A stretch of 64,000 nt of DNA from an uncultured Holophagales bacterium. GTDB taxonomy: Bacteria; Acidobacteriota; Thermoanaerobaculia; Multivoradales; UBA5704. The translations under genes and the position numbers were made by a program. Below the pieces are notes generated by a model, which made no database searches, had not been told where the DNA came from, and saw nothing but the letters and a program-made list of their open reading frames with translations. This document shows, piece by piece, positions 37,255 through 46,684 of the stretch (the first letter of the stretch is position 1; each line of letters begins with the position of its first letter). The stretch lies in assembly GCA_963842525.1 (NCBI GenBank), contig CAWJGT010000009.1:672001-736000 (forward strand), written 5' to 3'.

Positions 37255-37974
37255 ATGATCCGCTTTCACGGAGCCGCATTCGCCTATCGCGAGGGAGAGC
37301 CGGTCCTCGGCGGCGTGGACCTGGAGGTCTCGCCTGGGCTTACCCTCCTCCTCGGTCCCAACGGCTGCGGCAAGAGCACCCTCCTCAAGCTGGCGGCGGG
37401 GATCGAGAGGCCGGACGCGGGCCGGGTCGAGGTCGACGGCCGGGACCTCTGGATCGACGAGGTGGAAGCCCGCCGGGGCCTTGCCTATGTGCCCGAGCAG
37501 CCGGACCTGACCCCGTACGCAACGGTCCGCGAGACCCTCCTCCTGGTCTGCCGCCTCCGCGGCGAGCCCCGTTCGCAGGTCAACGAGGCCCTCGGCTTCG
37601 TCGGTCTGGGGGACCTCGCCCACCGCTCCGTCCGTGAGCTCTCGATGGGTCAGCGCCGCCGCGCCGTCCTGGCCGCCGCCCTGATCGGCACCCCGCGGCA
37701 CATCCTCCTGGACGAGCCTCTGGAAGCCATGGACCGCGGCGCCCGCGAGGACATCCTCGCCTGGATCGATCGCCTCCTCGCCGGCGGCGCCACGGTCCTC
37801 ACCGTCTCCCACGAGATCGAGCCCTTCGTCCCCCGCGCCCAGCGGGCCATCACCGTACGCGGCGGGCAGTGCCTGGCCGTGGACCGGCTGCCGGACGACC
37901 CGGCGGACCGGATGGCCCTGCTGGAGCGGATGGCGCGGGGTGAGGTTCCGCTTCGCCGCCATCGCACAATCTGA
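37255..37974 (+). CDS. ABC transporter ATP-binding protein
   Basis: GPNGCGKST, LSMGQ, LLDEP and SH motifs. Confidence 0.93.
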   Translation: MIRFHGAAFAYREGEPVLGGVDLEVSPGLTLLLGPNGCGKSTLLKLAAGIERPDAGRVEVDGRDLWIDEVEARRGLAYVPEQPDLTPYATVRETLLLVCRLRGEPRSQVNEALGFVGLGDLAHRSVRELSMGQRRRAVLAAALIGTPRHILLDEPLEAMDRGAREDILAWIDRLLAGGATVLTVSHEIEPFVPRAQRAITVRGGQCLAVDRLPDDPADRMALLERMARGEVPLRRHRTI

Positions 37975-38049
37975 CCGAGCGAAACGAAAGCCGGGTAGAC
38001 GCAACTCAGGTAACGGTGTATCGTTACCGGTGTTCCGTCTTCCCGCGCG

Positions 38050-41000
38050 ATGTCCTTCTACGCCGATCTCCACGTCCACTCGAAATACTCCCGGGCCACG
38101 AGCCGCGACGCGGACCTCGAGCACCTGGCCCTGTGGGCGCGGCGGAAGGGGATCACCGTCGTGGGGACCGGGGACTTCACCCACCCGGCGTGGCTCGAAG
38201 AGATCCGCACCAAGCTCGTCCCGGCCGAGCCGGGGCTGTTCCGGCTGCGGCCCGAGATCGAGCGGGAGGTTGAGCAGCGGCTGCCCGCCTCCTGCCAGGG
38301 ACCGGTCCGGTTCCTGCTGGAGGTGGAGATCTCGACAATCTACAAGAAGGGGGACCGCACGCGGAAGGTCCACCATCTCATCTATGCCGCGAGCCTCGAC
38401 ACCGCGGCCCGTCTGCGGGAACGGCTCGCCGCGATCGGCAACCTCAACGCGGACGGACGGCCGATCCTGGGGCTCGACTCGCGGCACCTCCTGGAGATCA
38501 CGCTGGAGAGCGGGCCGGACGCCTATCTGGTGCCGGCCCACGTCTGGACCCCCTGGTTCGCGGTGCTGGGCTCGAAGTCGGGATTCGACTCGGTCGAGGA
38601 GTGCTACGGCGACCTCGCACATCACATCTTCGCGGTGGAGACCGGCCTCTCCTCCGATCCGCCGATGAACTGGCGGGTCTCCCGCCTCGACCGCTTCACC
38701 CTGGTGAGCAACTCGGACGCCCACTCGCCCCCGATGCTAGGCCGCGAGGCCTGCGCTTTCGACACGGACCTCGACTATTTCGCGATCCGCCGGGCTCTGG
38801 AGACGGGCGAGGGCTACCGGGGGACGGTCGAATTCTTTCCCGAGGAGGGCAAGTACCATCTGGACGGCCATCGCACCTGCGGCGTGCGCCTGGAGCCGCC
38901 GGAGACCCGGCGCCTGGAGGGCCTCTGTCCGGCCTGCGGCAAGCCGCTGACCATTGGCGTGATGCACCGAGTGGAGGAGCTCGCCGACCGTCCCGAGGAC
39001 GCGCCGCCGGTACGGCCGGTGCCGTTCCGCAGCCTCGTGCCACTGCCGGAGGTGCTGGCGGAGATCCACGGCGTCGGCCCCAAGTCGCGCACGGTGGAGC
39101 AGGCCTTTTCGCAGCTCGTCGGCCGGCTGGGTCCGGAGATCGACATCCTCGAACGGCTCCCGCTGGAGGAGCTGGCCCGGGTGGGGGATGGGCTCCTCGG
39201 CGAAGCGATCTCGCGGCTGCGGGCCGGCCGGGTGCGCCGGGAGGCGGGCTACGACGGCGAATATGGGGTGATCCGCCTCTTCGAGCCGGACGAGATCCGC
39301 GGGCGGTCGGTGGTGGCGCCGCTGTTCGCGGACCCTCACCCCCCGGCCCCCTCTCCCATCCGCCCTCCCGGCCCCCGGGAGAGGGGGAGCAAGATCCTCA
39401 CCCCCGGCCCCTCTCCCATCTCCCTTCCACCCCCCGCCGGGAGAGGGGGGAAATCGGACGAATCATCAATGCCTCCTCTCGGAGAGACTCTTTTTGAATT
39501 TCTCCCCTCTCCCGGGGAAGGGCGGGTGGGAGATGGGAGAGGGGCCGGGGGTGAGGCCCTCGATCCCGAGCAACACGCCGCCGTCGGCATCGTCGACGGC
39601 CCCCTGCTCATCGTCGCTGGACCGGGCACGGGGAAGACCCGGACGCTGACCCACCGTCTGGCCCATCTGATCACCGGTCGTGGCGTATCTCCCGAGCAGT
39701 GCCTGGCCGTGACCTTCAGCCGCCGGGCCGCGGCCGAGCTCGAAGAGCGCCTTGCCGCTCTCCTACCCAACGCCGCGGGCCGTATGCTCGTCACGACCTT
39801 CCATGGCCTCGGACTCACGCTGCTGCGCGAGCAGGCCGGCGAGATCAGCCTGGACAGGGGTTTCCGCGTCGCGACGCCGGAGGAGCGGGTCGAGATCGTC
39901 CGCGAGGTCTGCGGGGTGTCCCAAAGCCGGGCCGAACGGCTGCTCGAAGAGATCTCCCAGGCCCGCCGATTCCCCCCTCTCCCGGCGGGGGACGGAAGGG
40001 AGATGGGAGAGGGGCCGGAGGTGAGGTCCTATGTGGAGGCCCTGGAGAGCCGCAACCTCGTCGATTTCGACGACCTCCTCCTGCGGCCTCTCCAACTCCT
40101 CCAGGAACGGCCCGATCTGGCGGCCGCCTACCGGGAGCGCTTCCGGTGGATCTCGATCGACGAGTACCAGGACATCGATCCCCTCCAGTACGCCCTGATC
40201 CGCCTCCTCGCGCCGCCCGGGGCCAATCTCTCTGCCATTGGCGATCCGGACCAGTCGATCTACGGCTTCCGGGGAGCGGATGTCGGCTTCTTTCTGCGCT
40301 TCCGGGAGGACTATCCCGGCGCCCGCGTCGTCCACCTGACCCGCAACTATCGCTCGACCCGCACCCTGGTCGAGGCGGCGTGCCAGGCGATCCGCCCCGC
40401 GAGCCTCGTTCCGGACCGGCGCCTCGTTGCCGTCCGCGATTCGGGAACGGCCGTCGCCGAGCGCGTCGTGATCCAACCGGCGGCGAGCGAGCGGGCCGAG
40501 GCCGAGCTGGTGGTCCATACCCTCGAGAGGCTCCTCGGCGGCACGACCTCCTTCTCGTTCGACAGCGGCCGGGTTGGCCACGGCGACGCGCCTGAGCTTT
40601 CGTTCGCCGACGTGGCCCTCCTCTACCGCACCGACTCCCAGGCCGCGCCGCTGATCGAGGCGCTCGGCCGCTCCGGCATCCCCTTCCAGAAGAGGTCCGC
40701 ACCGCCCCCTGGCCGAGGACCCGGGCGTCCGCGCCCTCCTCCCGATCCTCCAGAAGGGTCCGGAGGGCCGCGGCGTCGAGGCCCGCCTGGAGAAGGCGAT
40801 CCTGGAGCTGGTCCTCGGTACGGCCGCGGACCCGGCGGTCGTCCTGGCGGGGGCCGAGCTCCTGCGGCCGCTTGCCGTGCGGTTCGGAGACGACCTCGAC
40901 GGATTCCTGGCCGAGGTGGCCCTGGGCGGCGAGGTCGACACCTGGGACCCGCGCGCCGAGCGGATCTCGCTGCTCACCCTCCACGCCTCCAAAGGCCTTG

Positions 41001-41284
41001 AATTCCCGGTGGTCTTCCTGGTCGGCTGCGAGGACGGCTTGCTCCCCCTGCGCTGGCCGGGCGCCGAGCCGGACCTCGCCGAAGAACGGCGCCTCTTCTT
41101 CGTCGGGATCACCCGCGCCCGCTCGCGGCTCTTCCTCTTCCACAGCCGCAAGAGGACTATCCGCGGCGAGGCACGCGAAGCCCAACCTTCCCCATTCCTG
41201 GCAGATCTTGCAGAAGGTCTCCTGGAACGGCGCGATGCGCCGGATCTCGGTCCGCGGCGCCCTGAGCAGCTATCCCTGCTCTAA
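38050..41284 (+). CDS. PHP/endonuclease Q-like domain fused to a UvrD/Rep helicase; 1-bp frameshift near 40698
   Basis: DLHVHS, GTGDFTHP, SNSDAHS and EEGKYHLDGH, then AGPGTGKT, IDEYQD, GDPDQSIYGFRGA and NYRS. The C-terminal LTLHASKGLEF and FFVGITRA are in a shifted frame. Confidence 0.92.
39333..40026. repeat. Four REP-like palindromic elements inside the helicase coding sequence
   Basis: Copies at ~39333-39390 and 39396-39450 (forward), and ~39501-39556 and 39971-40026 (inverted); the reading frame is preserved. Confidence 0.85.
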
Positions 41285-41349
41285 GCTCCGAGCCTCGACC
41301 GTCCGGGTGAAGGGAGCGGCGAAACGTACCCGCGGAGCGTTGGGCGGAC

Positions 41350-41379
41350 TTGACAGAAGACCGCCGAAGGCGATATTTT
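41350..41379 (+). promoter_or_regulatory. Sigma70-type promoter of the vapBC pair (probably leaderless)
   Basis: TTGACA (41350-41355), 18-bp spacer, TATTTT (41374-41379), ATG at 41386. Confidence 0.55.
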
Positions 41380-41385
41380 CTTAGC

Positions 41386-41673
41386 ATGCGTGCCGTGGCC
41401 CTGAAAGAGCTCAAGGAGCGAGTCGGCGAATACGTCCACCTTGCCGAGTGCGGCGAGACGGTTCTGGTGACCGAGCGGGATCGCGTCGTGGCCGAGCTCG
41501 TTCCTCCACGCCAAAAGGCTGTTCTTGTGGCACCTCAGGCTCCGTTGGCAGACGCTGTTCAGAACGGGTGGATCCAACCGGCCGCCTCTGAGGCAGGCAT
41601 TCCCCCACGGCTGCCGGTCACCTCCTTTAACGATCTGCTGCAGGGGTTGCAGCAGGATCGTAGCGACCGTTGA
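41386..41673 (+). CDS. Phd/YefM-family antitoxin
   Basis: MRAVALKELKERVGEYVHLAECGETVLVTERDRVVAELVPP. Confidence 0.85.
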   Translation: MRAVALKELKERVGEYVHLAECGETVLVTERDRVVAELVPPRQKAVLVAPQAPLADAVQNGWIQPAASEAGIPPRLPVTSFNDLLQGLQQDRSDR

Positions 41674-41909
41674 TCTATCTCGACACGTCAGTCGCTCTCG
41701 CGCACCTGCTCGCGGAGGATCGCTGTCCTCCTCCTGATCTGTGGGAAGAGCAGCTCATCTCCAGCCGGCTTTTAGAGTACGAGATCTGGGTTCGAATTCA
41801 CGCCTACGGATTGACCGAGTCACATTCCGAGGCCGTGACAGCCCTTCTTGATCGCGACGGGCTTGTGCAAGCTGCGAGAGCGTTGGGTTTTTCGCTTGCG
41901 GAAGTTTAA
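41670..41909 (+). pseudogene. vapC: VapC/PIN-domain toxin with an apparent internal in-frame deletion
   Basis: MIYLDTS...LLEYE N-terminus and LVQAARALGF C-terminus are present, but the protein is only 79 aa and lacks the central xxDAxHxA segment. Confidence 0.7.
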
Positions 41910-41922
41910 GGATCCAAAACAG

Positions 41923-43321
41923 CTATCCCTGCTCTGACCGGAGGTGGGACCCCGGCCCCAACGCCGCCCGCAGCACCGTATTGAGCGTGATCCCCAGACG
42001 TAATCGCGATGACCACGCCGTTGCTCAGGAAGAGCTGGGCCGCCGGAGGGAGGCTGGTAAGCCACTCCTTCTGGGCTCCGGCGGCGAGCGGCAGGGTGAG
42101 AGCGGCGATCAGCGAGACGGCGGTGGTCACCAGGTAGACCTCGTCCTTGGGACCGCAGGTGAGCAGGCGCAGGCCGGCCGTGGCGATCATGCCGCAGATC
42201 ACCAGGAAGACCGCTCCCACGATAGGCCGCGGGATGAGCACCAGGAGCGTGCCGGTCTTCGGCGAGAGGCCGTAGAGAAGCAGGATCAGCGCGGCCACCT
42301 GGACGACCCGGCGGCTGGCGACCCGGGTGGTGGCGATGACGCCGGTGTTCTGGCTGTAGGTGGTCAGCGGCAGCGCGCCGAAGAGCGGCCCCACCATCGA
42401 GGCGATCCCCTCGACCGTGATGCCGCGGTGGATGTGGCGCATCCGGTAGGGGACGCCGGAGACGGCGCAGGTGCCCGCATAGTCGCCGATCGATTCGCTG
42501 ATCGAGCCGACGTAGCCGATCATGACCCCGAAGATCGCTCCGGCGGCCAGCGTCCACCCCAGGCCGGGGCCTCCGAAGATGAACAGCCGGGGCAGGCCGA
42601 GCCAGGGCGCGCGGGACAGGGCCGAGAAGTCCGCCATTCCGGCGAGGCCGGCCACTCCGACACCGCAGATCAGGAGGCTGAACAGAATTGCGCCGCGGGC
42701 GAGCATGCCCACCCGGAAGCGGTGGCCGATCACGGTCAGCAGCAGGATCAAGACGACCGTGAGTGCCGCGAGGCCGAGCATCTCCGGCCGCAGGTCGGCG
42801 AAGAGCCAGCCCCCCGCCACCCGCGCCAGCGAGATGCCGATGGTCACCACCACGATGCCGCAGACGTACGGCGGCAGGAACCGGCGCAGCGGCCCGAGGA
42901 CGCCGCTCGCCCCCACGATGGTCTCGAACAGGCCACCGAGGAAGCCGGCCATCCACATGGCCGGAGCGCCGAAGATCGATCCCGCCGTGGCCATCGCGCC
43001 GGTATCCGTGGCGGACGGCCCGAGGACCGACGGCAGCCGGTTTCCCCAGGTCGCATTGACGAAGGTCGCGGCTCCCATGAGGACCAGGCAGGCCGAGATC
43101 ATGTACGCGGTCTGCGCGGCCGAGTACCCCACGGCGCCGGCCACGATCAGGGGGAGGACGTAGGGCGAGACGTCGACCAGGGTGTGCTGCCAGGCATAGA
43201 GCAGCGTCTCGGCGGGCGGCGGTACGTCCTCGATCCCGTAGTGCGGCGGCAGGACCTCCAGGTCCTCCTCCCAGACCCGCTCCTCCCCGCGCCCGCCGGC
43301 CCCGTCGACCCCGTCAGTCAT
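41923..43321 (-). CDS. NCS2 (uracil/xanthine) permease; probable 1-bp frameshift near 41998
   Basis: WQH in TM1, ESIGDY, and TTYSQNTGVIATTRVASR (NAT signature). Removing one base restores ITLGITLNTVL...stop at 41923. Confidence 0.9.
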
Positions 43322-44319
43322 TCGCTCTTCTTCTTGGGCTTCGACTTCTTGTACACCGGAGCCATGAAGGTCGCCTCGAGGTCGGGTCCGGCGACCGGGA
43401 CCTTGAGGACGACCTGCCAATAGACGGGGTCGTTCGCATGGAAATCCGTGCCGTGGACATCCGTTGGCAGCTCGAAGGCGAAGTCGAGGAAGTCGAGGGG
43501 CTCGCCACCTTCCAGATGGACGTTGACGGTCTGGGTGTACACGAAGAAGTACCTCCGCTTCTCGCCGGCACTATCTTTGCGCACATCTTCGTTCACGCAG
43601 CGCAGCACCAGTTGCACCGGGCTGTCCGGCTTCACGGGGCGTGCGAAGGAGATCCTCCCTTCAAGGCTCTCTCCGAGGAAGGCAGGGAGGCTCACCCAGG
43701 TCACGACGGGGTGGCGGAAGCGGAGCCACTGCAACAGCTTGCGGACCGAGTCGTAGAGGAGCAGCAGGGCCAGGATGTCCGCGCCGATGACGATGCTGTG
43801 GGTGGCACAACCTCTTTCCCATTGGATCAGGTTGAGGACGGCGACCAGGGCGAAGACTGCCAGGCGGCCGAGGATCAGCCCGCTCCAGGGCCGCTGGTCG
43901 GGCGCCATCCACTCGGGCTGCCAGGGGTAGTCCCAGGTCCACGGCAGGTCGTTGAGGCGTGCCCGCCGCTCCGTCTCGGCCCGGGTCAGGGCGTTGCGGA
44001 AGAGCCAGAGGGAGCCCAGGGAGAAGAAGGAGCCCCACGCCAGGGCGGCTATCGCGCTCCTCCTTCCTTCGGGAAGGTCGTCGATGCCGAGCAGGCCCGC
44101 AAAAGCGATGAGGAGCAGCCAGAGGCCGAGCCCCAGGAAGACGGTAAGGACCCAGGCGAGCGTCTGTTTCTCGCGCAGCCGGGCCAGGAAACCAGGGCCG
44201 AACACCCGTCCGGGGGCCTTGCCCGAGCGTGGCCGCTTGTAGACCTCTTCCCGGGTCCGCACGACGACCGGCTGCTCTTCCGGACCGTTCACGCCCAGGG
44301 TGATCGGGGGCTTTGTCAT
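43318..44319 (-). CDS. Membrane protein, tandem paralog 3
   Basis: PWTWDYPW...WMAPD, LYDS..KL.QWLRFRHP and PVAGPDLEA.F.APVY shared with its two neighbours; ATGA overlaps at both ends. Confidence 0.85.
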   Translation of the reverse strand: MTKPPITLGVNGPEEQPVVVRTREEVYKRPRSGKAPGRVFGPGFLARLREKQTLAWVLTVFLGLGLWLLLIAFAGLLGIDDLPEGRRSAIAALAWGSFFSLGSLWLFRNALTRAETERRARLNDLPWTWDYPWQPEWMAPDQRPWSGLILGRLAVFALVAVLNLIQWERGCATHSIVIGADILALLLLYDSVRKLLQWLRFRHPVVTWVSLPAFLGESLEGRISFARPVKPDSPVQLVLRCVNEDVRKDSAGEKRRYFFVYTQTVNVHLEGGEPLDFLDFAFELPTDVHGTDFHANDPVYWQVVLKVPVAGPDLEATFMAPVYKKSKPKKKSE

Positions 44320-45359
44320 GACACCCTTCTCCAGGTCGCTGGCAACCGGTACACCGGAGCGAGGAAGTCGGCCTCCAGGTCCGGTCCGGCGACCGGGACG
44401 GTGACATGGATCTGCCAGTAGGCCGGCAAGTCCGCACGGAGGTCTGTCCCGCGGGGGCCGTTCGGGATGTCGAAGTCGAAGTCGACGTAGTCGAGCGGCT
44501 CGGCCTTTTCGGCGAGAGGGAACTCCCATTTGTCTTTGTACACGATGTAGGGCTGCCGCACACGCTCCTCGCGGTCTTTGGTCTTCCGGACCGTCCACAC
44601 CTCCTGGACACAGCGGAGGGTCACCTGAAGGGGCCCCTTCGGGAGCAGGGGACGGGCAAAGCTGATCCGGCCCGCGAGCCGGTCGCCGAGGAAAGCCGGA
44701 GACGTCATCCAGGTCACCACGGGATGGCGGAAGCGCAGCCACAGCCCCAGCCTCTTGAGGGAGTCGTAGAGGAGGATCAGGCCGGTCACGTCCAGCAGGA
44801 GGAGGACCCATATCACGCCCAGGTTCCTGCGTTGGTCCGGATCGCCCAAGAGGGCGACATTGAGGACCACCACGAACGCCAGGTACGTCACCCGCCACAG
44901 CGGCGTGCCGCTCTCCCCCCCGGTATAGTCCGGCGCCATCCACTCCTTCCGCCAGGGGTAGTCCCAGGTCCACGGCTCATCCCTCTCCTGCCTGCCATAC
45001 AGGAGCTTTTTCTCGGCATCCTTGAGCACTGCCTCGAGGACCTGCAGGAAGACCAGGAAGAGGCCGGCCCCGATGACGAAAGCGACGCCGGAGTGCTCGC
45101 CCAGCTTCCCCTTGTAGGGACCGAATGTGCCCGCGGCGCCGAAAAGGCAGAGCGCGAGCGCCCCAGCCACCATGCAGAGCGTGAACCACGCCTCCCGACG
45201 AGACTGCCGGAGGCGGCTCCAGAATCCGCGGCCGAACACCGACCGCAGGCCCGGCACGAGCACCGTCGACCGCGGCGGCCTTGCAAGCTCCTCACTGATC
45301 TCCTCGAAGGCAGGTACAGCGCTCCCGGGGCTGCTCTCTCCTGAGGGGGGTGTCGTCAT
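44316..45359 (-). CDS. Membrane protein, tandem paralog 2
   Basis: Same motifs; start MTTPPSGE at 45359. Confidence 0.85.
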   Translation of the reverse strand: MTTPPSGESSPGSAVPAFEEISEELARPPRSTVLVPGLRSVFGRGFWSRLRQSRREAWFTLCMVAGALALCLFGAAGTFGPYKGKLGEHSGVAFVIGAGLFLVFLQVLEAVLKDAEKKLLYGRQERDEPWTWDYPWRKEWMAPDYTGGESGTPLWRVTYLAFVVVLNVALLGDPDQRRNLGVIWVLLLLDVTGLILLYDSLKRLGLWLRFRHPVVTWMTSPAFLGDRLAGRISFARPLLPKGPLQVTLRCVQEVWTVRKTKDREERVRQPYIVYKDKWEFPLAEKAEPLDYVDFDFDIPNGPRGTDLRADLPAYWQIHVTVPVAGPDLEADFLAPVYRLPATWRRVS

Positions 45360-45387
45360 GGGTATGGAGGACCTGGACGTGGAAAGT

Positions 45388-46413
45388 CTATCCTGGATTC
45401 CGGCTGTACACCGGGGCGAGGAACACGGCCTCCAGGTCCGGTCCGGCGACCGGGACGGTGACCTGGATCTGCCAGTAGGTCGGCTCGTCCGCACCGAGGT
45501 CCGTCCCGCGGAGGCCGCGCGGGAGCTCGAGCTCGAAATCGACGTAGTCGAGAGGCTCGGCCTTTTCGGCGAGAGGGAGCTCCCATCCGTCTTTGTACAC
45601 GATGTAAGGCTGCTGCACACGGACCTCGCGGTCTCCGGACTTCCGCGCCTCCCACTCCTCGTGAACACAGCGGAACGTCACCCGCAGGGTCCCTGTCGGG
45701 GTCACGGTACGGGCAAAGCTGATCCGGCCCGCGAGCTGGTCGCCGAGGAAGGCCGGAAACGTCGCCCAGGTCACGACCGGCTGGCGGAACCGCAGCCACT
45801 GCGTCAGCTTGTGGACCGAGTCGTAGAGGACGAGCAGCGCGAACAGGTCCAGGACCAGGACGATCCCCTTGAGGACCCAGCTCGGCGCGCCCAAGGCGAT
45901 GTTGAACAGGCCGATGAAGGCGAGGAACGCCACCCGCCCCAGCACTGTGCCGCTCCCGCCGCCGCTGTAGTCCGGCGCCATCCACTCCCGCCGCCAGGGA
46001 TGGTCCCAGGTCCAGGGCTCGTTCCTGGGCATCCTGTCGTGCCGCCTCTTGTGCGACGCGCCCGTGAGAGCAACCTGGAGGATGCGGAGGGAAAACAGGA
46101 AGAAGACGGTCCCGAACCCCATCATGGCCAGGAAGAACCGAGGATCGCCGTTCTCGCGCAGACCGTCCTTGTAGGGTCCGACCGTGCCGGCGAGGCCGAA
46201 GAGGAAGATCCCCAGACCGATCGTCAGGAAGACGAGGAGGAGCCACGCCCCGCTGTCCCGCAGCCGGCGGGAAAACCCACGCCCGAAGACCGATCCGGAG
46301 CCTGGCACAGGTACCGCCGACCGCGGCGGCAGGAACAGTTTCTCCTTCGTCCGCGAGACGCCTAAAGCGGTTGCAGCGCCGCTCTCGTCCGGAAGGGGCG
46401 GGGTGATGGGCAT
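45388..46413 (-). CDS. Membrane protein, tandem paralog 1
   Basis: Same motifs; start MPITPP at 46413 (or 46446). Confidence 0.85.
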   Translation of the reverse strand: MPITPPLPDESGAATALGVSRTKEKLFLPPRSAVPVPGSGSVFGRGFSRRLRDSGAWLLLVFLTIGLGIFLFGLAGTVGPYKDGLRENGDPRFFLAMMGFGTVFFLFSLRILQVALTGASHKRRHDRMPRNEPWTWDHPWRREWMAPDYSGGGSGTVLGRVAFLAFIGLFNIALGAPSWVLKGIVLVLDLFALLVLYDSVHKLTQWLRFRQPVVTWATFPAFLGDQLAGRISFARTVTPTGTLRVTFRCVHEEWEARKSGDREVRVQQPYIVYKDGWELPLAEKAEPLDYVDFELELPRGLRGTDLGADEPTYWQIQVTVPVAGPDLEAVFLAPVYSRNPG

Positions 46414-46508
46414 GGACAGAGAACCTGGCGCGGGGGAGTCTATCACCGGAGGGTGTCCGGCACTCCCGGAGCGGGGATGGGACTCGCGTCCGTGGCGGCC
46501 GGGAAAGA

Positions 46509-46675
46509 CCTCTCCCCCTGGCCCCCTCTCCCGTGCGTCCCCCGTCCCTCCACCCCGAACGGGAGAGGGGGAATGCTGTGTGGCGGCCGGACGAGGAGAG
46601 AATCGGCTGGGTGGAGGCGCCCCTCTCCCGCTCGGGGGGGTGGTGGTCGCGCGGGAGAGGGGACGGGGGAGAGGG
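46509..46675. repeat. Inverted pair of REP-like palindromic elements (intergenic)
   Basis: CCTCTCCCCCTGGCCCCCTCTCCC...GGGAGAGGGGG and an inverted copy at ~46620-46675. Confidence 0.8.
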
Positions 46676-46684
46676 CTCCGGCGG

